The notes under the pieces: model-generated
The model's database searches: none
Told to the model about the DNA's origin: nothing
What the model saw: the letters and a program-made list of their open reading frames with translations, nothing else
Translations under genes and position numbers: made by a program
NCBI RefSeq assembly: GCF_009914755.1
Contig: NC_060933.1
Source of the DNA: the human T2T-CHM13v2.0 reference genome, Homo sapiens
Strand: one strand, 5' to 3'
DNA length: 64,000 nt
Shown here: in pieces, positions 15,453 through 32,180 of the stretch
Numbering within the stretch: position 1 is the first letter of the stretch
Layout of the letters: each line of letters starts with the position of its first letter

Positions 15453-15853
15453 TGTATTAATGCATTCTTATGTTGCTATAAAGAAATACCTGAGATTGGG
15501 TAACTATAAAGAAAAGAGGTTTAATTGGTTAACAGTTCTGCAAGCTGTACAGGAAGCATGACAGCTTCTGGGAAGGCCTCAGGGAACTTTTAATCATTGC
15601 AGAAGGCAAAGGGAAAGCATGTATGTCTTACATGGCCAGAGCAGGGGGAAGAGAGAGAGAGGGGAGGTGCTACATACTTTTAAACAACCAGATTTGTGAG
15701 AATTCTATCACGAGAACAGCAGTAGTGGGATGGTGCTAAACCATTAGAAACCACCCCCATGATCTAATCACCTCCCACAAGTCCCCACCTCCAACACTGG
15801 GGATTAAAATTGAACATGAGATTTGGGTTGGTTCACAGGTATAAACCATATCA
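15453..15853 (-). mobile_element. MSTA-like MaLR LTR inside L1 ORF2
   Basis: TGTATTA...AAACCATATCA reverse MST termini. Confidence 0.85.
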
Positions 15854-16434
15854 TCTACTAAACATAAAAAGCCCAGGACTACACAGATTCACAGCCAAAT
15901 TCTACCAGATGTAGACAGAATAGCTGGTGCCATTAATAATGAAGCTATTCCAAAAAATTGAGGAAGAGGGACTCCTCCCCAACTCCTTCTGTGAGGCCAG
16001 CATCATCCTGATAACGAAACCTGGCAGAGACAAAACAAAAAAAGAAAACTTCAGGCCATTATCCTTGATGCACATAGATGCAAAACTCCTCAACAAAATA
16101 CTAGCAACTGAATCCAGCAGCACAGTGTAAAGCTAATCCACCACTATCAAGCAGGCTTTATCCCTGGGATGCAAGATTGGTTTAACATAGACAAAACATA
16201 TGTTTGTGTGATTCATTACACAAACAGAACTAAAAATGAAAACCACATGATAATTCCAATACATGCAGAAAAGGCTTTTGATAAAATTCAGCATCCCTTC
16301 ATGTTAAAAACTCTCGATAAACTATGCATTGAAGAAACATACCTGAAAATAATTAGAGCCATGTATGACAAATCCACAGACAACATCATACTGAATGGGC
16401 AAAAGTTGGAAGCATTTCCCTTGAAAACTAGAAC

Positions 16435-17102
<668 letters not shown>

Positions 17103-18419
17103 TCACCACTCCTATTTGACATAGTATTGGAAGTCTTGGCTGCAGCAATTAGGCAAGAGAAAGAAATAAAAGGCATCCAAATAGGAAGAGAGGGAGTCAA
17201 ACTATCCCTGTTTCAAATGACATGATTCTATACCTAGAAAACCCCATAGTCTCTGCCCCAAAGCACATTAATCTGATTCACATCTTCAGCAAAGTTTCAG
17301 CATACAAAGTCAACATACAAAAGTCAGTTTCATTCCTATACCCCGATAGCTTTCAAGCTGATAGCAAAATCAGGAACACTATCCCACCACAATTGTTATA
17401 AAAAGAACAAAATACCTAGAAATACAGCTAGCCAGGGATGTGGAAGATCTCTACAACAGGAATTATATAACACTGCTCAAAGAAATATGAGATGATGCAA
17501 ACAAATGGAAAAACATTTTATTCTCATGGATAAGAAAAATCAATATCATTAATATGGCCATAGCGCCCAAAGCAATTTACAGATGCATTGTTATTCCTAA
17601 CAAACTACCAATGCCATTAGTCACAAAACCTAAAAAAATAAAAAAACTGTTTTAAAATCCATATGAAACCAAAAAAGACCCTTATAGCCAAGGCAATCTT
17701 AAGCAAAAAGAACAAAGCTGGAGGCATCACGTTACCCAACTTCAAACTATGCTACGGGGCTACAGTAACCAAAACAGCATGGTACTGGCACAAAAACAGG
17801 CACATGGACCAATGGAACAGAATAGAGAGCCCAGAAATAAGGCCACAACCACTGGATATTTGACAAAGCTGACATCATTCTACCATAAAGATACATGCAC
17901 ACAAATGTTCATTGCAGCACTATTCACAGTAGCAAAGATGGGAATCAACCTAAATGCCCATCAAAGGTAGATTAGATAAAGGAAATGTGATACATATACA
18001 CCACATAATACTATGCAGACATAAAAAGGAATGAGATCATGTCCTTTACAGCAACATAAATGGAGCTGGAGGTCATTATGCTAAGCAAACTAACACAGGA
18101 ACAGAAAACCAAAATACCACATGTTCTTACTTATAATTGGGAGCTAAAGGATGAGAACACATGGATACTAGGAGGGGTACAACAGACACTGGTGCCTACT
18201 TGAGGGCGGAGGGTGGGAGGAGGGAGAGGATCAGAAAAAATACCTGTTGGGTATTATGCTTATTGCCCAGTGATGAAATTTTCTGTACACCAAACCCTTC
18301 TAACACACAGTTCATCTATATAACAAGTCTGCACATGTACCCTTGAACCTAAAATAACTATTACAATAAGTAAATACATATTTTTAAAAATCATTTAGAA
18401 TGTCAGAAAATTCCAGGAT

Positions 18420-18821
18420 TGTATTAGTCTGTTCTTGCACTGTTATGAATAAACACCTGTGACTGGGTAAATTTATAAAGAAAAGAGGTTTAATTGGCTC
18501 ACAGTTCCACTGGCAGTACAGAAAGCATGACAGCTTCTGGGGAGGCCTCAGGAAACTTTCAATCATGGTGGAAGGCAAAGAGCAAGCAGGCATGTCTTAC
18601 ATGGCCAGAGCAGGAGGAAGAGAGAAGGTAGACGGGCTACACACCTACACAACCAGATCTCGTGTGAACTCTATCACAAGAATAGCACTAGGAGGATGGT
18701 GCTAAACCATTAGAAACCACCCCCATGATCCAATCACCAGACCCACAAGGACGCACCTCCAACATTGGGGATTATGATTGAACATGAGATTTGTTTAGGG
18801 ACACAGATCCAAACTATATCA
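18420..18821 (-). mobile_element. MSTA-like MaLR LTR
   Basis: Reverse MST termini; 5-bp TSD aggat. Confidence 0.88.
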
Positions 18822-19962
18822 AGGATAGAGTGTAGAATATGACAAAATAATCTAACTGTATTACAAATGTGTGAAACAACCTCACTGCAGGTGGTGGTAA
18901 AAGAAGTGCAGACCTAAGTAACTTTTGGAAATTAGTGGAGTCTGTAATACTAAATGAAAAACTGTTTATAAACGCCACACTCTTGTTTTTCACAGGGATA
19001 TGGGTTAACAATTCTAATACTTCTATACGTGTGTATTGGAATTGAGCAGTTAAGTAAATTATGGTAAATTGTGGGTAGTGAGGCTGGTTTCTCTCTGCTG
19101 GAGTGAGAGTTTATGCCTAATCAAAGGGAGGGAGCTAAAATAATCTCTGTGGTAATGGATTACAGTTGGATATATTAATATTAAATCATATTTGGCTTAA
19201 TGTAGATACACATGGCTACATACACGTACATATGGCTACATATAGACACATATAGATATGTGTACATACATGATTAGTATACACAAACGTTCCCTTCCAT
19301 TGACAAATGAGAAGGCCTAGAAGCAACAGTACCCCAGTAGTAACAAGCACATCTGGCATCCAGTTCATGGTTTGTAATAGCACTCTGCAATAAAGGGAAA
19401 CAGGGCTTCTTAGAAAAATTGGTGTTTCTAGGACTAGGGCAGGAAATATACATGATGAGCCTGTAACATTTTGTAGTGCCAGAAAGGAAAGAAGTGCTAA
19501 CAACAAAAACAAGCCCACAAAGATGGGGCTGTGTCAAATAGATGTACTGAAAGAGCCAATACCAAGAACTCCTGACGCCAAATCTGGAACACTTTGGGGA
19601 AACAAATAAAGCAGTATTGAATTGTAACACAAAGTATAAAATAAATAGCCATGAGTCTACACTAATATAAGTAAATAAGTGAATAAATAAATAAATGGGG
19701 GCAAAGAAACAATCTTCCATGCAGAAAAACTCCAAATGATTTATGTAGATATGCCAACCTAAAGGAGATAAAGCATAACTCCTCACTGTTTCAGTTCAGG
19801 CCACACATAGTGACTTTCTTCCAAAGAGTATAGTATGAAAAAGGGAAATAAAAGAGTAACTTGTGATGGAAAAGCCTGACAAGCACAAATTACCTCAGCA
19901 GAGTGATCAGGGTCAACATAAACAGTAATAAATCATATCAACAGTATGTTCTCTTGATATGA

Positions 19963-20337
<375 letters not shown>

Positions 20338-20700
20338 TAATAATGACAAAGACATCTAACAAATCCCAAAAGATAGATATTTAAAAAATACCTGACCCAT
20401 TCTTCTCAAACTGTCAAGATGACCAAAGCAAGGAACAACTGAAAAGCTGTCATAACCAAGAGGGGCCTGAGAAGACATGATGATGAAATGTTATATGATA
20501 TTCTGGATGGGTTCTTGGTTTGCAAAAGGGAATTTATGCAAAAACTAAGGAAATTTGATTAAAACATGGACTTTCAGTTATGGTAATGTCTTGATATTGG
20601 TTCATTAATTGCAATAAATATACCTTGCTAATGTAATATATTCATAAAGGGGAAACTGGGTACAGAGTTAATGAGAACTCGCTAGACTATATTCTAATAG

Positions 20701-21208
<508 letters not shown>

Positions 21209-21495
21209 ATTTCCATTTACTTTTCTTTCCCATTGAGCCCAATTCTTAAAAACATCCAGTGGCAGCTTAGCTTGGGTGTCTTGGCTCAGCTCTGGAGGTT
21301 TGAATGATACTTCTTTGCTTTTCTTTGCTTTAATCATTCAGCTCAGATTTAAAAATTTCTTAATGTCAACTATTGGCTTGCCCCCTGTTATATTCTACCT
21401 TCTTCCATTCGCTATCCTAACTCTCTAGTATGGTATTGAGTTGGGGATGTGCACACACAGGCAAACACACACACATACACATCCCCATACATATA

Positions 21496-22408
21496 CAGTG
21501 GTGTGCTGAAACTGTGTCAGACCAGCTAGAGAGACCCAATTGTTAAATATTCAAGAATGAGGCAAGCCAGTTATTAAGCACATCCATTATTAAAAATTAA
21601 AGGATAAAGTTACAATTAAGTAAATCATATTAAAAAGAAAGGTTATAAATAATATCATTACTTCTATTTATTTTACTATTATCTATACTTTTTGAGGTTA
21701 AGTCTACTGTATTTCTATAATGGAATTACTACATACTGGTGTGCTACTTCTTGATTCCGTATTTGGTGATGTCACCCTGATATGACATCATATCATTGAT
21801 ATGATATGAAATAGACCATGGGTGGAGTATTTGTACCATGGATATTGAAAAAACTTAAATCAGAGCTTGAGTTATTGTTTTGTTGATTTTCTACTTTAAA
21901 AAGATGGATGTGCTTAATAACCGGCCTTAAAAAGATGGGGGAAAATGTTATCACGGTTAATACTGTAGGTTAAGCTCTAAAATGTTTGTAGCTGTTACAT
22001 TTGAATAGCACAAAATATTGAGGAATATTCTTTAAGTGTTTGAAAACAGTTTTAAACTCAGCAAAGAGGTTAACTGATATTGTTAACAAGATTCAACTTC
22101 ATTCAATTCTATTGTTATACTCTCATCTTACTCGTCAATATAAATGAAAATGTCAATTGATATTCATTTGAGAGTTACTCTCATTTGTTAATTGCAACCA
22201 TAGGTTAACTAAAGATACAAGAGTTTGGCTAAATCAGTGAGAACATTGTATGAGAATAAGTTCATTATACAGAATAGAGAATATTATATATTTTATTATT
22301 ATTTGTAAGTTTTGTATTACATATCCTTTATGTCAGTAAAATTTATAATAAACATGTACATATTTATTTTTTGCAGTTTGTTGTTAAACAGTTACTAGCA
22401 AATTGCTA
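21496..22408. mobile_element. hAT-Tip100 DNA transposon fossil (Arthur1-like)
   Basis: Starts CAGTGGTGTGCTG; the end ttgttaaacagttactagca resembles the degenerate inverted terminus. Confidence 0.55.
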
Positions 22409-22650
22409 TGTACACACATTCCTTATCAAAAATGTGGGAATTATTTGCAACATAAATGAGAACATATGAGGTTATACGTAGTAGGTACAATCTTAAAGAG
22501 ACAAACCACAAGTATGATTGATACTTCCACTAGACATCTTGTCAAGAGAATTATATTCCCAAATAAGTATCACCAAAAATTTTGTTGAAACTAGACCTTT
22601 CCACAAGCTATGGGCTCCTATAAATACATATTTTTACCAGAGTTTCTTCA

Positions 22651-22929
<279 letters not shown>

Positions 22930-22951
22930 TTAGATGTATTAATTAGGAATC

Positions 22952-23348
22952 TGCTATGAACTGAATTGTGTTCCCCCAAGATTTACATGTTGAAGCGCTA
23001 ACCTCCAATGTGGCAATATTTACAGATCGGGCCTTTAAAGAGGTAATTGAGGCTACAAGAGGTTGTAAGGGTGGAGCCCTAATCCAGTAGAACTGGAGTC
23101 TTTACAAGAGGAAGACACACCAAAGGTGCATGGGCACAGAGAAAAGGCCATGTAAGGACACAGTGGGAAGGGGCCATCTACAAGCCAATGAGAGAGGCCT
23201 CAGGAGAAACCAAATCTGTCAACATCAACATCTTGATCTTGTACTTCCAGCCTCCAGACTATGAAAAAACAACTATTGTTTGAGCCGCCCTGTCTGTGGT
23301 ATACCATGTACCATGGTGTTTGTAGGGAAGCCCTAGTAAACTAAAACA
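22952..23348 (+). mobile_element. MLT1A/B MaLR LTR
   Basis: TGCTATGAACTGAATTGTGTTCCCCC start; gccctagtaaactaaaaca end. Confidence 0.8.
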
Positions 23349-23543
23349 AAATCTTAGATTGTAAGTAATAGAAATCAACTGTAGGTAGATTATAGCAGAA
23401 AGAGGACAGAAATGCAGGTAAAAGTTACAACTGGAAACTGCAGTGCTATAGGAAGCCCAAGATGTTCTCTTTTTCTGTATCTCCTCTCTGCTATAGCCTA
23501 TCTATTTTATTCTGAACATCTTTATTCCACACATCTTTATTCC

Positions 23544-23727
23544 ACAGCTATACTGTCCAATATGATAGTCACAAGGAACATGCGGCTTTTTAAATTTAAT
23601 AAAATTCAGTTCTTCAGTCACATTAAAGATATTGCAAATATTAAATAGCTACATATGGCTACTGTGTTGGACACTGTAGATATAGCACACCTCCATCATT
23701 GTAGATAGTTCTTTTGGACAGCACTGG
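23544..23727. mobile_element. MER3/MER33-like hAT MITE
   Basis: ctgtccaata...ttggacagcactg inverted termini. Confidence 0.65.
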
Positions 23728-25381
23728 ATTATAGGATTACCAGAGATCAAGGTAAACTTCCCTTGAAGTTGAAGGTAAACTTCCATTTAACCATTAGGAC
23801 ACCTCAGCTGTATCACTCCCTTTTAAGGCCTATATTTAGTTTTGAATTTATAATTTTTTATCATTTTTCTTAGGGACTGATATCACCAGTGACCTCTAGG
23901 GAAAGGATTAGTAGTGAGGAGAAACATTATTTTGTATTGTTTGAATGTAAATACATCCATGTACAAACTGCATAATATTTTTTAAGGTATTGGAGTTTTG
24001 TATTGCTCATCATTGTATCCAAACACCCAGTATAGTACCTTAACAGGTAATGTTAGGAAGTCGAAGAGATGGACATACGGTTAATGCTAAATCCTGTGAT
24101 GGTGAGAAGATGCTCTGGTTATGCCTAATTCTTTCTGCTTCAAGCCCAGCTAGGTCTGGGAATTGCTTGGGGAAACTGGAAGCCTGAACCAGAGGACTGT
24201 GTGCATGTGTGCATGCGTGCGTGCGTGTGTGTGTACTGGTAGGTAATAAATAACTACTGTGTATCTGACACTATGGTAGTTTATACTTTTTATGTCTACT
24301 CTAAACAACAACACTACAAAGTAGTCACCCTTGTACCCATTTTATAAATGAGGAAACTAAGACTAACTCATTTATCCTGGTGTGTTCTTTTTTCTTTTCC
24401 TGTTAGTGCAATTTGACAGTTACACAATTGTTACTAAATAGAATGTAGCCAGTTCTAGAGAAACTTCATTCTACCAGTGTTTATTTTATTATTTTATTTT
24501 TTATTAGATAATTCATACTCTTGGATCAAAAACTGGTAGCAAATTGTATTTAGCACGAAGTAAATCTTCCTTCACACACTACCCTCAGGCAACCGTCAAC
24601 AACTTCTTGTGTGTCTTTACAGAAATATTTTATGTGTATACAACACATATACGAATATTTCTAAAATTTAATTTGGAGTATTTTACATACTCCAAATCTT
24701 TTTTTTCACTTGACAATATATCTTGAAAATCATTATATATTACTAGATCTGCTGAATTTCTTTTAATAGCTATATGTTATTTGTTGTAGGAAAGCCTCAA
24801 AATTTATTCAAATCCCTACTCATTTATGATTGTTGTTTCATATCTTTTGTTATTACAAAGCTTCAGTGACCATTCCTATAAATAGGCCATTTTGCACATG
24901 TGGAAATATATCTGCAGAATAAATTTCTAGAGGTAGAGTTGCTGAGTCAAATTTAAAGGCAAAGAGTCTTTAAACTCTTCATAGATATTGCTAATTTTTA
25001 TCCATAGATGTTATACAAATATACTTCCCCTCAGCAATGTTTATCCATACCCTTTCCAATACTAAGGGAACCCTTTCTTGTACAAGAGAAAAAGAAAGAA
25101 AGAAAAATCAATCTAATTTGCTTATAGGCACCTAAAGATTTTTTTTTTTTTGGCCTTGCCCAGAAGTTATGCATTTCAGTGAACCCTACCCTCACCATCC
25201 CCATTTCCTGGAATAATATTAATACTACTTTCCAACTGAAACTCTGAGATCACATTCTTTCTTTTCTATTTTATATAATACTGGCCTACTTTATATATGA
25301 CTGGGATGGAGGTTGTTCATTCTGCTCATCTGTGTATTATGCAAATTTGCCTCCAAGCAGATTGGCCTCTTGCAACCCTGG

Positions 25382-26724
25382 TGAGAGGTGACAGCATGCT
25401 GGCAGTCCTCAGAGCCCTCGCTTGCACCTCCCCTGCCTGGGCTCCCACTTTGGCGGCATTTGAGGAGCCCTTCAGCCCCCACCTGCACTGTGGGAGCCCC
25501 TTTCTGGGCTGGCCAAGGCTGGAGCCCACTCCCTCAGCTTGCAGGGAGGTGTGGAGGGAGAGGCGCGAGCGGGAACCGGGGCTGCGTGCGGCGCTTGCGG
25601 GCCAGCTGGAGTTCCGGGTGGGCGTGGGCTTGGCGGCCCCGCACTCAGAGCAGCCAGCCAGCCCCGCTGGCCCCGAGGAATGAGGGACTTAGCACCCGGG
25701 CCAGTGGCTGCGGAGAGTGTACTGGATCCCCCAGCAGTGCCGGCCCACCGGCGCTGTGCTCGATTTCTCGCCGGGCCTTAGCTGCCTTCCCGCGGGGCAG
25801 GGCTTGGGACCTGCAGCCCGCCATGCCTGAGCCTCCCACCCACTCCATGGGCTCCTGTGCTGCCCGAGCCTCCCCGACGAGCACCACCCCCTGCTCCACG
25901 GCGCCCAGTCCCAACGACCACCCAAGGGCTGACGAATGCGAGCGCACGGCGCAGGACTGGCAGGCAGCTCCACCTGCAGCCCTGGTGCAGGATCCACTAG
26001 GTGAAGCCAGCTGGGCTCCTGAGTCTGGTGGGGACGTGGAGAACCTTTGTATCTAGCTCAGGGATTGTAAACGCACCAATCAGCGCCCTGACAAAACAGG
26101 CCACTGGGCTCTACCAATCAGCAGGATGTGGGTGGGGCCAGATAAGAGAATAAAAGCAGGCTGCCGGAGGCAGCATTGGCAACCCACTCGGGTCCCCTTC
26201 TGCACTGTGGAAGTTTTGTTCTTTCACTCTTTGCAATAAATCTTGCTACTGCTCACTCTTTGGGTCCACGCTGCTTTTATGAGCTGTAACACTCAGTGCG
26301 AAGATCTGCAGCTTCACTCCTGAGCCCAGCGAGACCACGAGCCCATGGAGAGGAACAAACAACTCCAGACGCGCTGCGTTAAGAGCTGTAACATTCACCG
26401 CGAAGGTCTGCAGCTTCACTCCTGAGCCAGCGAGACCAGGAACCCACCAGAAAGAAGAAGCTCCGAACACATCTGAACATCAGAAGGGAGAGACTCCAGA
26501 CGCGTCATCTTAAGAGCTGTAACACTCACGGCGAAGGTCTGCAGCTTCACTCCTGAGCCAACGAGACCACGAACCCACCAGAAGGAAGAAACTCCGAACA
26601 CATCTGAACATCAGAAGGGACAGACTCCAGACGCACCACCTTAAGAGCTGTAACACTCACCGCGAGGGTCCGCGGCTTCATTCTTGAAGTCAGTGAGACC
26701 AAGAACCCACCAATTCCGGACACA
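25382..26724 (+). mobile_element. Solo LTR12C (ERV9 LTR), CpG-rich
   Basis: TGAGAGGTGACAGC start and ATTCCGGACACA end; 4-bp TSD ctgg; CCAAT at 26076 and 26114, GATAAG at 26141, AATAAA at 26235; tandem U5 repeats 26280-26700. Confidence 0.95.
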
Positions 26725-27327
26725 CTGGGTCACTTTCTGACTGCACTTTCTTGAAGTATTCGTCTTTGGTCCTGTGGTAGTACCCAGTGGACAACCTCAC
26801 TTGCCTGTAAACTACTTCCTTGAGGTATTTTCCCTAACAACGTGAAATACATTCCATTTCTCTGCTTGCTCTTTTCATGACTCTCATTTCAATGGTCCTT
26901 AGAAAACACTTTTTTTGATTATTATTCAGCTTTGTAATACTTATTTCTTCAGTTCCCCATCCATAAAGTCTTTGATTTAGAGGTCAAATCTGTTTTGCTT
27001 TACTATTCCTATCTAAAGCTTGAAAGTATGGTAATTAATAAAAACATTCCACATGTTAAATTAGCTTTAATGTTAGCTTTAAAAGAAGATAGCAGTTAAT
27101 CAGTCTTGATGACGTAGAGGTTGACAGGTAGAAGGATCCTAAAATTTAATTCCTGGGCTGCTAACTTCAAATCTCATCTGTATCAACAGTTTTCTCACTT
27201 AAGTCATTAACATCGAAAATTATTTTATTAAATGATTTATAATTGGGAGAGTACTATTTCTCTTTCTCCCCACCTCCAGTTATGAGAAGATACTTATTCC
27301 CAGCTTTTTCTGGGTAGAGCTATTCAA

Positions 27328-27709
<382 letters not shown>

Positions 27710-28419
27710 TAGTCTTAATAAATTTTTCTCCATGCCATGGGGAAGACTCTCTCAGAAGGTAGCATCTAGAACAGAACATTGAAAAGTTTATAAACAACAC
27801 CAGTACTTCATACTTTTGTTTTATCTTCCCTTTGAGATAGACGTTTAGTCCTTTACTGTTATTACCTAGCACAATATCTGGCACACAGTAGGTGGCCACT
27901 GATTATTTCTTGAATGAAGTAAGGAATGAGAATATTACCTACAGAGTTAGAGCTCTGCGCATTACTTCCTTCCAGATTTCATACATCTTTTTTTAGTAAT
28001 GAATGCAAACAGGCTCTGGGGCAGCTACATTATCCTTCTGAATCAAGACAGGGATTTCGCAATGCTTATTTTCAATTTCTTCAGAAATGCCTTAAAGATA
28101 TTAATGGAGGTAACAACTTAATCTCAAATAGTAATCCATAGACAGAATATGTAACAGCAATGTTCTCTGATCTGTTCTTTGGCTTCTATTCCCTAGAGAA
28201 ATAGTTCTCTAAGACCAAACAGTCTATAGATAGAATTGTAGCAACAGTCAATTATGATGTTAGCTATTTGAGAGACGGTTGAGAATTCAGAAAAAACTAC
28301 TGAAATGTTGTAAGACAACTCACTCAAAGAACAGTTCAAATAGTGGAAAAGGGAAATGATGATGTATCCATTTATTTTGTTCTATTTTTTCCAATTTCAT
28401 AGGATAGCAAATGCTGCCC

Positions 28420-28784
28420 ATTTATTTATTTTTTTATTTTTCATAAGTTATTGGGGTACAGGTGGTGTTTGGTTACATGAGTAAGTTCTTTAGTGGTGAC
28501 TTGTGAGATATGGGTTCACCCTTCACCTGAGTAGGATACACTGAACCATATTTGTAGTCTTTTATCCCTCGCCCCCTCCATCTCTTCCCTGTAAGTCTCC
28601 AAAGTCCATTGTATCATTCTTATGCCTTTGCATTCTCATAGCTTAGCTCCCACATATCAGTGAGAACATACAATGCTTGGTTTTCCATTCCTGAGGTAGT
28701 TCACTTAGAATAGTAGTCTCCATTCTCATCCAGGCCACTGCAAATGCTGTTAATTCATTCCTTTTCATGGCTGTGTAGTATTCC

Positions 28785-28820
<36 letters not shown>

Positions 28821-30900
28821 ACAGTTTCTTTATACACTCATTGATTGATGGGCTTTTGGGTTAGTTGCACGATTTTGCTATTGTGAATTGTGCTGCTATA
28901 AACATGCGTATGCAAGTATCTTTTCCAAATAATGATTCCTTTTCCTTTGGGTAGAAACCCAGTAGTGGGATTGCTGGATCAAATGGTAGTTCTACTTTTA
29001 GTTCTTTAAGGAATCTCCACACTGTTTTCCATAGTAGCTGTACTTGTTTACATTCCCACCAGTGGTGTAAAGGTGTTCCCTGCTCACCACACCCATGCCA
29101 ACATCTACTGTTTTTTGATTTTTTGATTATGGCCATTCTTGCAGGAGTATAGCATTGTGGTTTTGATTTGCATTTCTCTGATCATTAGTGATGTTGAGCA
29201 TTTTTTCATGTTTGTTGGTCAGTTGTATATCTTCTTTTGAGAATTGTCTTTTCATGTCCTTAGCCCACTTTTTGATGAAATTGTTTGTTTTTTTTTCTTA
29301 CAGATTTGTTTGAGTTCATTGTAGATTCTGGATATCAGTCCTTTGTCAGATGCATAGATTGTGAAGGTTTTCTCCCACTCTGTGGGTTGTCTATTTACTC
29401 TGCTGACTGTTCCTTTTGCTGTGGAAAAACTCTTTAGTTTAACTGGGTCCCAGCTACGTACCTTTGATTTTATTGCATTTGCATTTTGGTTCTTGGTCAT
29501 GAAATCCTTGCCTAGTCAATGTCTAGAAGGGTTTTTCCAATGTTATCGTCTAGAATTTTTATAGTTTCAGGTCTTAGGTTTAAGTCCTTAATCCATCTTG
29601 AGTTGATTTTTGTATAAGGTGAGAGATGAGGATCCAGTTTCATTCTCCTATTATGTGGCTAGCCAATTATCCCAGCAACATTTGTTTAAAAGGGTGTCCT
29701 TTCCCCGTTTTATATTTTTGTTCGCTGTGTCAAAGATCAGTTGGCTGTAAGTATTTGGGTTTATTTCTGAGTTCTCTGTTCTGTTCCATCAGTCTATGTG
29801 CCTATTTTTATACTAGTACATGCTGTTTTGGTGACTGTGCCTTTATAGTATAGTTTGAAAGCAGGTAGCATGATGCCTCCACATTTGTTCTTTTTGCTTA
29901 GTCTTACTTTGGCTGTGCAGGCTCTTTTTTGGTTTCATATGAATTTTAGAATTGTTTTTTCTAATTCTGTGAAGAATGATGGTGGTATTTTGATGGGGAT
30001 TGCATTGAATTTGTAGATTTTTTTGGCGGTATGGTCATTTTCACAATATTGATTCTGCTCATCCATGAGCATGGGATATGTTTCCATTTGTATGTTGTCT
30101 ATTATTTGTTTCAGCAGTGTTTTGTAGTTTTTCTTGTAGAGGTCTTTTGACTCCCTGGTAAGGCATATTCCTAAGTATTTGATTTGATTTGATTTTTTTT
30201 TTTTTTTTTGCCGCTACTGTAAAAGGGGTTAAGTTCTTGATTTGATTTTCTGCTTGGTCGCTGTTTGTGTATAGAAGAGCTACTGATTTGTATACACTAA
30301 TCTTGTATCCAGAAACTTTGCTGAATTCTTTTATCAATTCTAGTAGCTTTCTGGAGGAGTCCTTAGGGTTTTCAAGGTAAACGATCATATCATCAGCAAA
30401 CAGTGACAGTTTGACTTCCTTTTTACTGATTTGGATACCCTTTTTATTTTTCTCTCTCATCTGATTGCTCTGGCTAGAACTTCCAGTACTATGTTGAAGA
30501 GGAGTGGTGAGAGTGGGCATCCTTGTTCCAGTTTTCAGAGGAAATGCTTTCAACTTTTCCCATTCAGTATTATGTTGGCTGTGGGTTTTCATAGATGGCT
30601 TTTATTACATTAAGGTATGTCCCTTGTATGCCAATTTTGCTGAGAGTTTTAATCATAACAGGATGCTGAATTTTGTCAAATGCTTTTTCTGCATCTATTG
30701 AGATGATCATGTGATGTTTTGTTTTTAATTCTGTTTTCGTGGTGTATCACATATGTTAAATCATCCCTACATTCCTGGTATGAAACCCACTTGATCATGT
30801 CATGGTGGATTATTTTTTGATATGTTGTTGGATTCTGTTAGCTAGTATTTTGTTAAGGATTTTAGCATCAATGCCCAACAAGGATATCAATCTGTAGTTT
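28420..30900 (-). mobile_element. L1PB1-like 3' portion (ORF2 remnants) containing (TA)n at ~28788-28817
   Basis: Minus-strand ORFs match the L1 ORF2 RT and C-terminal region ([15 protein letters not shown]; [12 protein letters not shown]). Confidence 0.9.
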
Positions 30901-30903
30901 TTA

Positions 30904-31218
<315 letters not shown>

Positions 31219-31229
31219 CTATTTCCTGA

Positions 31230-32180
31230 ACTTTATTACGTAAATGAGACACGTGAGATCTGGAAGGAGGTGGAGGTGAAGACCCTCCCACCTGGCCTGC
31301 ATCCAGAGTACTTGGGGTGTGGCACTGGCGTGGGCCCCAGGAAGGATCCCAGCCAGTTTTGGTGCTGGAGGCCCGGCCAAAGGAAGGGCTGCTCTCCCGT
31401 CCCGCGGGCTCCGAGGTCGCCGCACCCGGGCGCGCCTGGGCCTCGTCACCCGCGCTCGTGACGCGTGCTTACAAAGGAAACTTTTACAGGTTTCGGTGGG
31501 CAGGGCCTTTTATTGCCCTTCTGCTCCACAGCCCCCGTGCTTAATCGGTTGGTTGGGAGGTTTCTTTCGTCCGTGGTTTTGGAAAGTCCCCGCCTCCAAA
31601 CCGCAGTCCCGCAGTCAGTTCTGCAGCCTCAGGGCCTCGAACAGCCATGCTTAGAATCCGTCCTTCTTTCCTGCTCCATCTACCCTTCCCCTCTGGCTTC
31701 TTTTTTTTCACTGGAGAAAGCCCACCCGAGTCTCTCAGCCTGCTTCGGAGGTTACTGCGGCCTCCTCCACGGGTAGTTCTGGGACCCGGGTCTAGTCCGC
31801 GGTTCCGGAGCAGGTCCCTCCCTGGAGTCGTCAGGCCCAGTATGCGTGTGCTCAGTGTGCTCGGGAAACACGCGTGGGCTTTAACAGCAGATCTCCATAA
31901 AAGGGTCCCGGAGATAGCCTCTGCCTGGCCCGAGGCCCAGTGCCTCAAAGCGGACGCCTTTGCGCTCCCGGAGGTGCTCACACCACAGCGGAGCCTGCTG
32001 GCGAGTGGAGCGTAGGACTGCGAACCAGCAATCTCCCGAGAAGCGGCGAGGGGGAGGGGAATGTCTGTGAATCGGTTATCCCTCCCACCCCCAGCAGAAG
32101 TCGGGGAAATGGGGGTGGAAGGGGGAAAAAGGGAGAGAACAGGAGTGGGGTTGAGGAAGGGTAAGGAGGAAGGTGAGCTT
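31230..32180. promoter_or_regulatory. Orphan CpG island downstream of the CDKN2A 3' end
   Basis: High GC and CpG density in non-repeat DNA, GC boxes, inverted CGTCAC/GTGACG pair at 31444-31463. Confidence 0.7.

Noticed and set aside
25297-26056. Several 100-222 aa ORFs
   Set aside because: They lie almost entirely in the GC-rich LTR12C U3, as expected for this repeat.
26280-26700. Regularly spaced repeats resembling a CRISPR array
   Set aside because: Standard LTR12 U5 tandem units in human DNA; no unique spacers and no cas genes.
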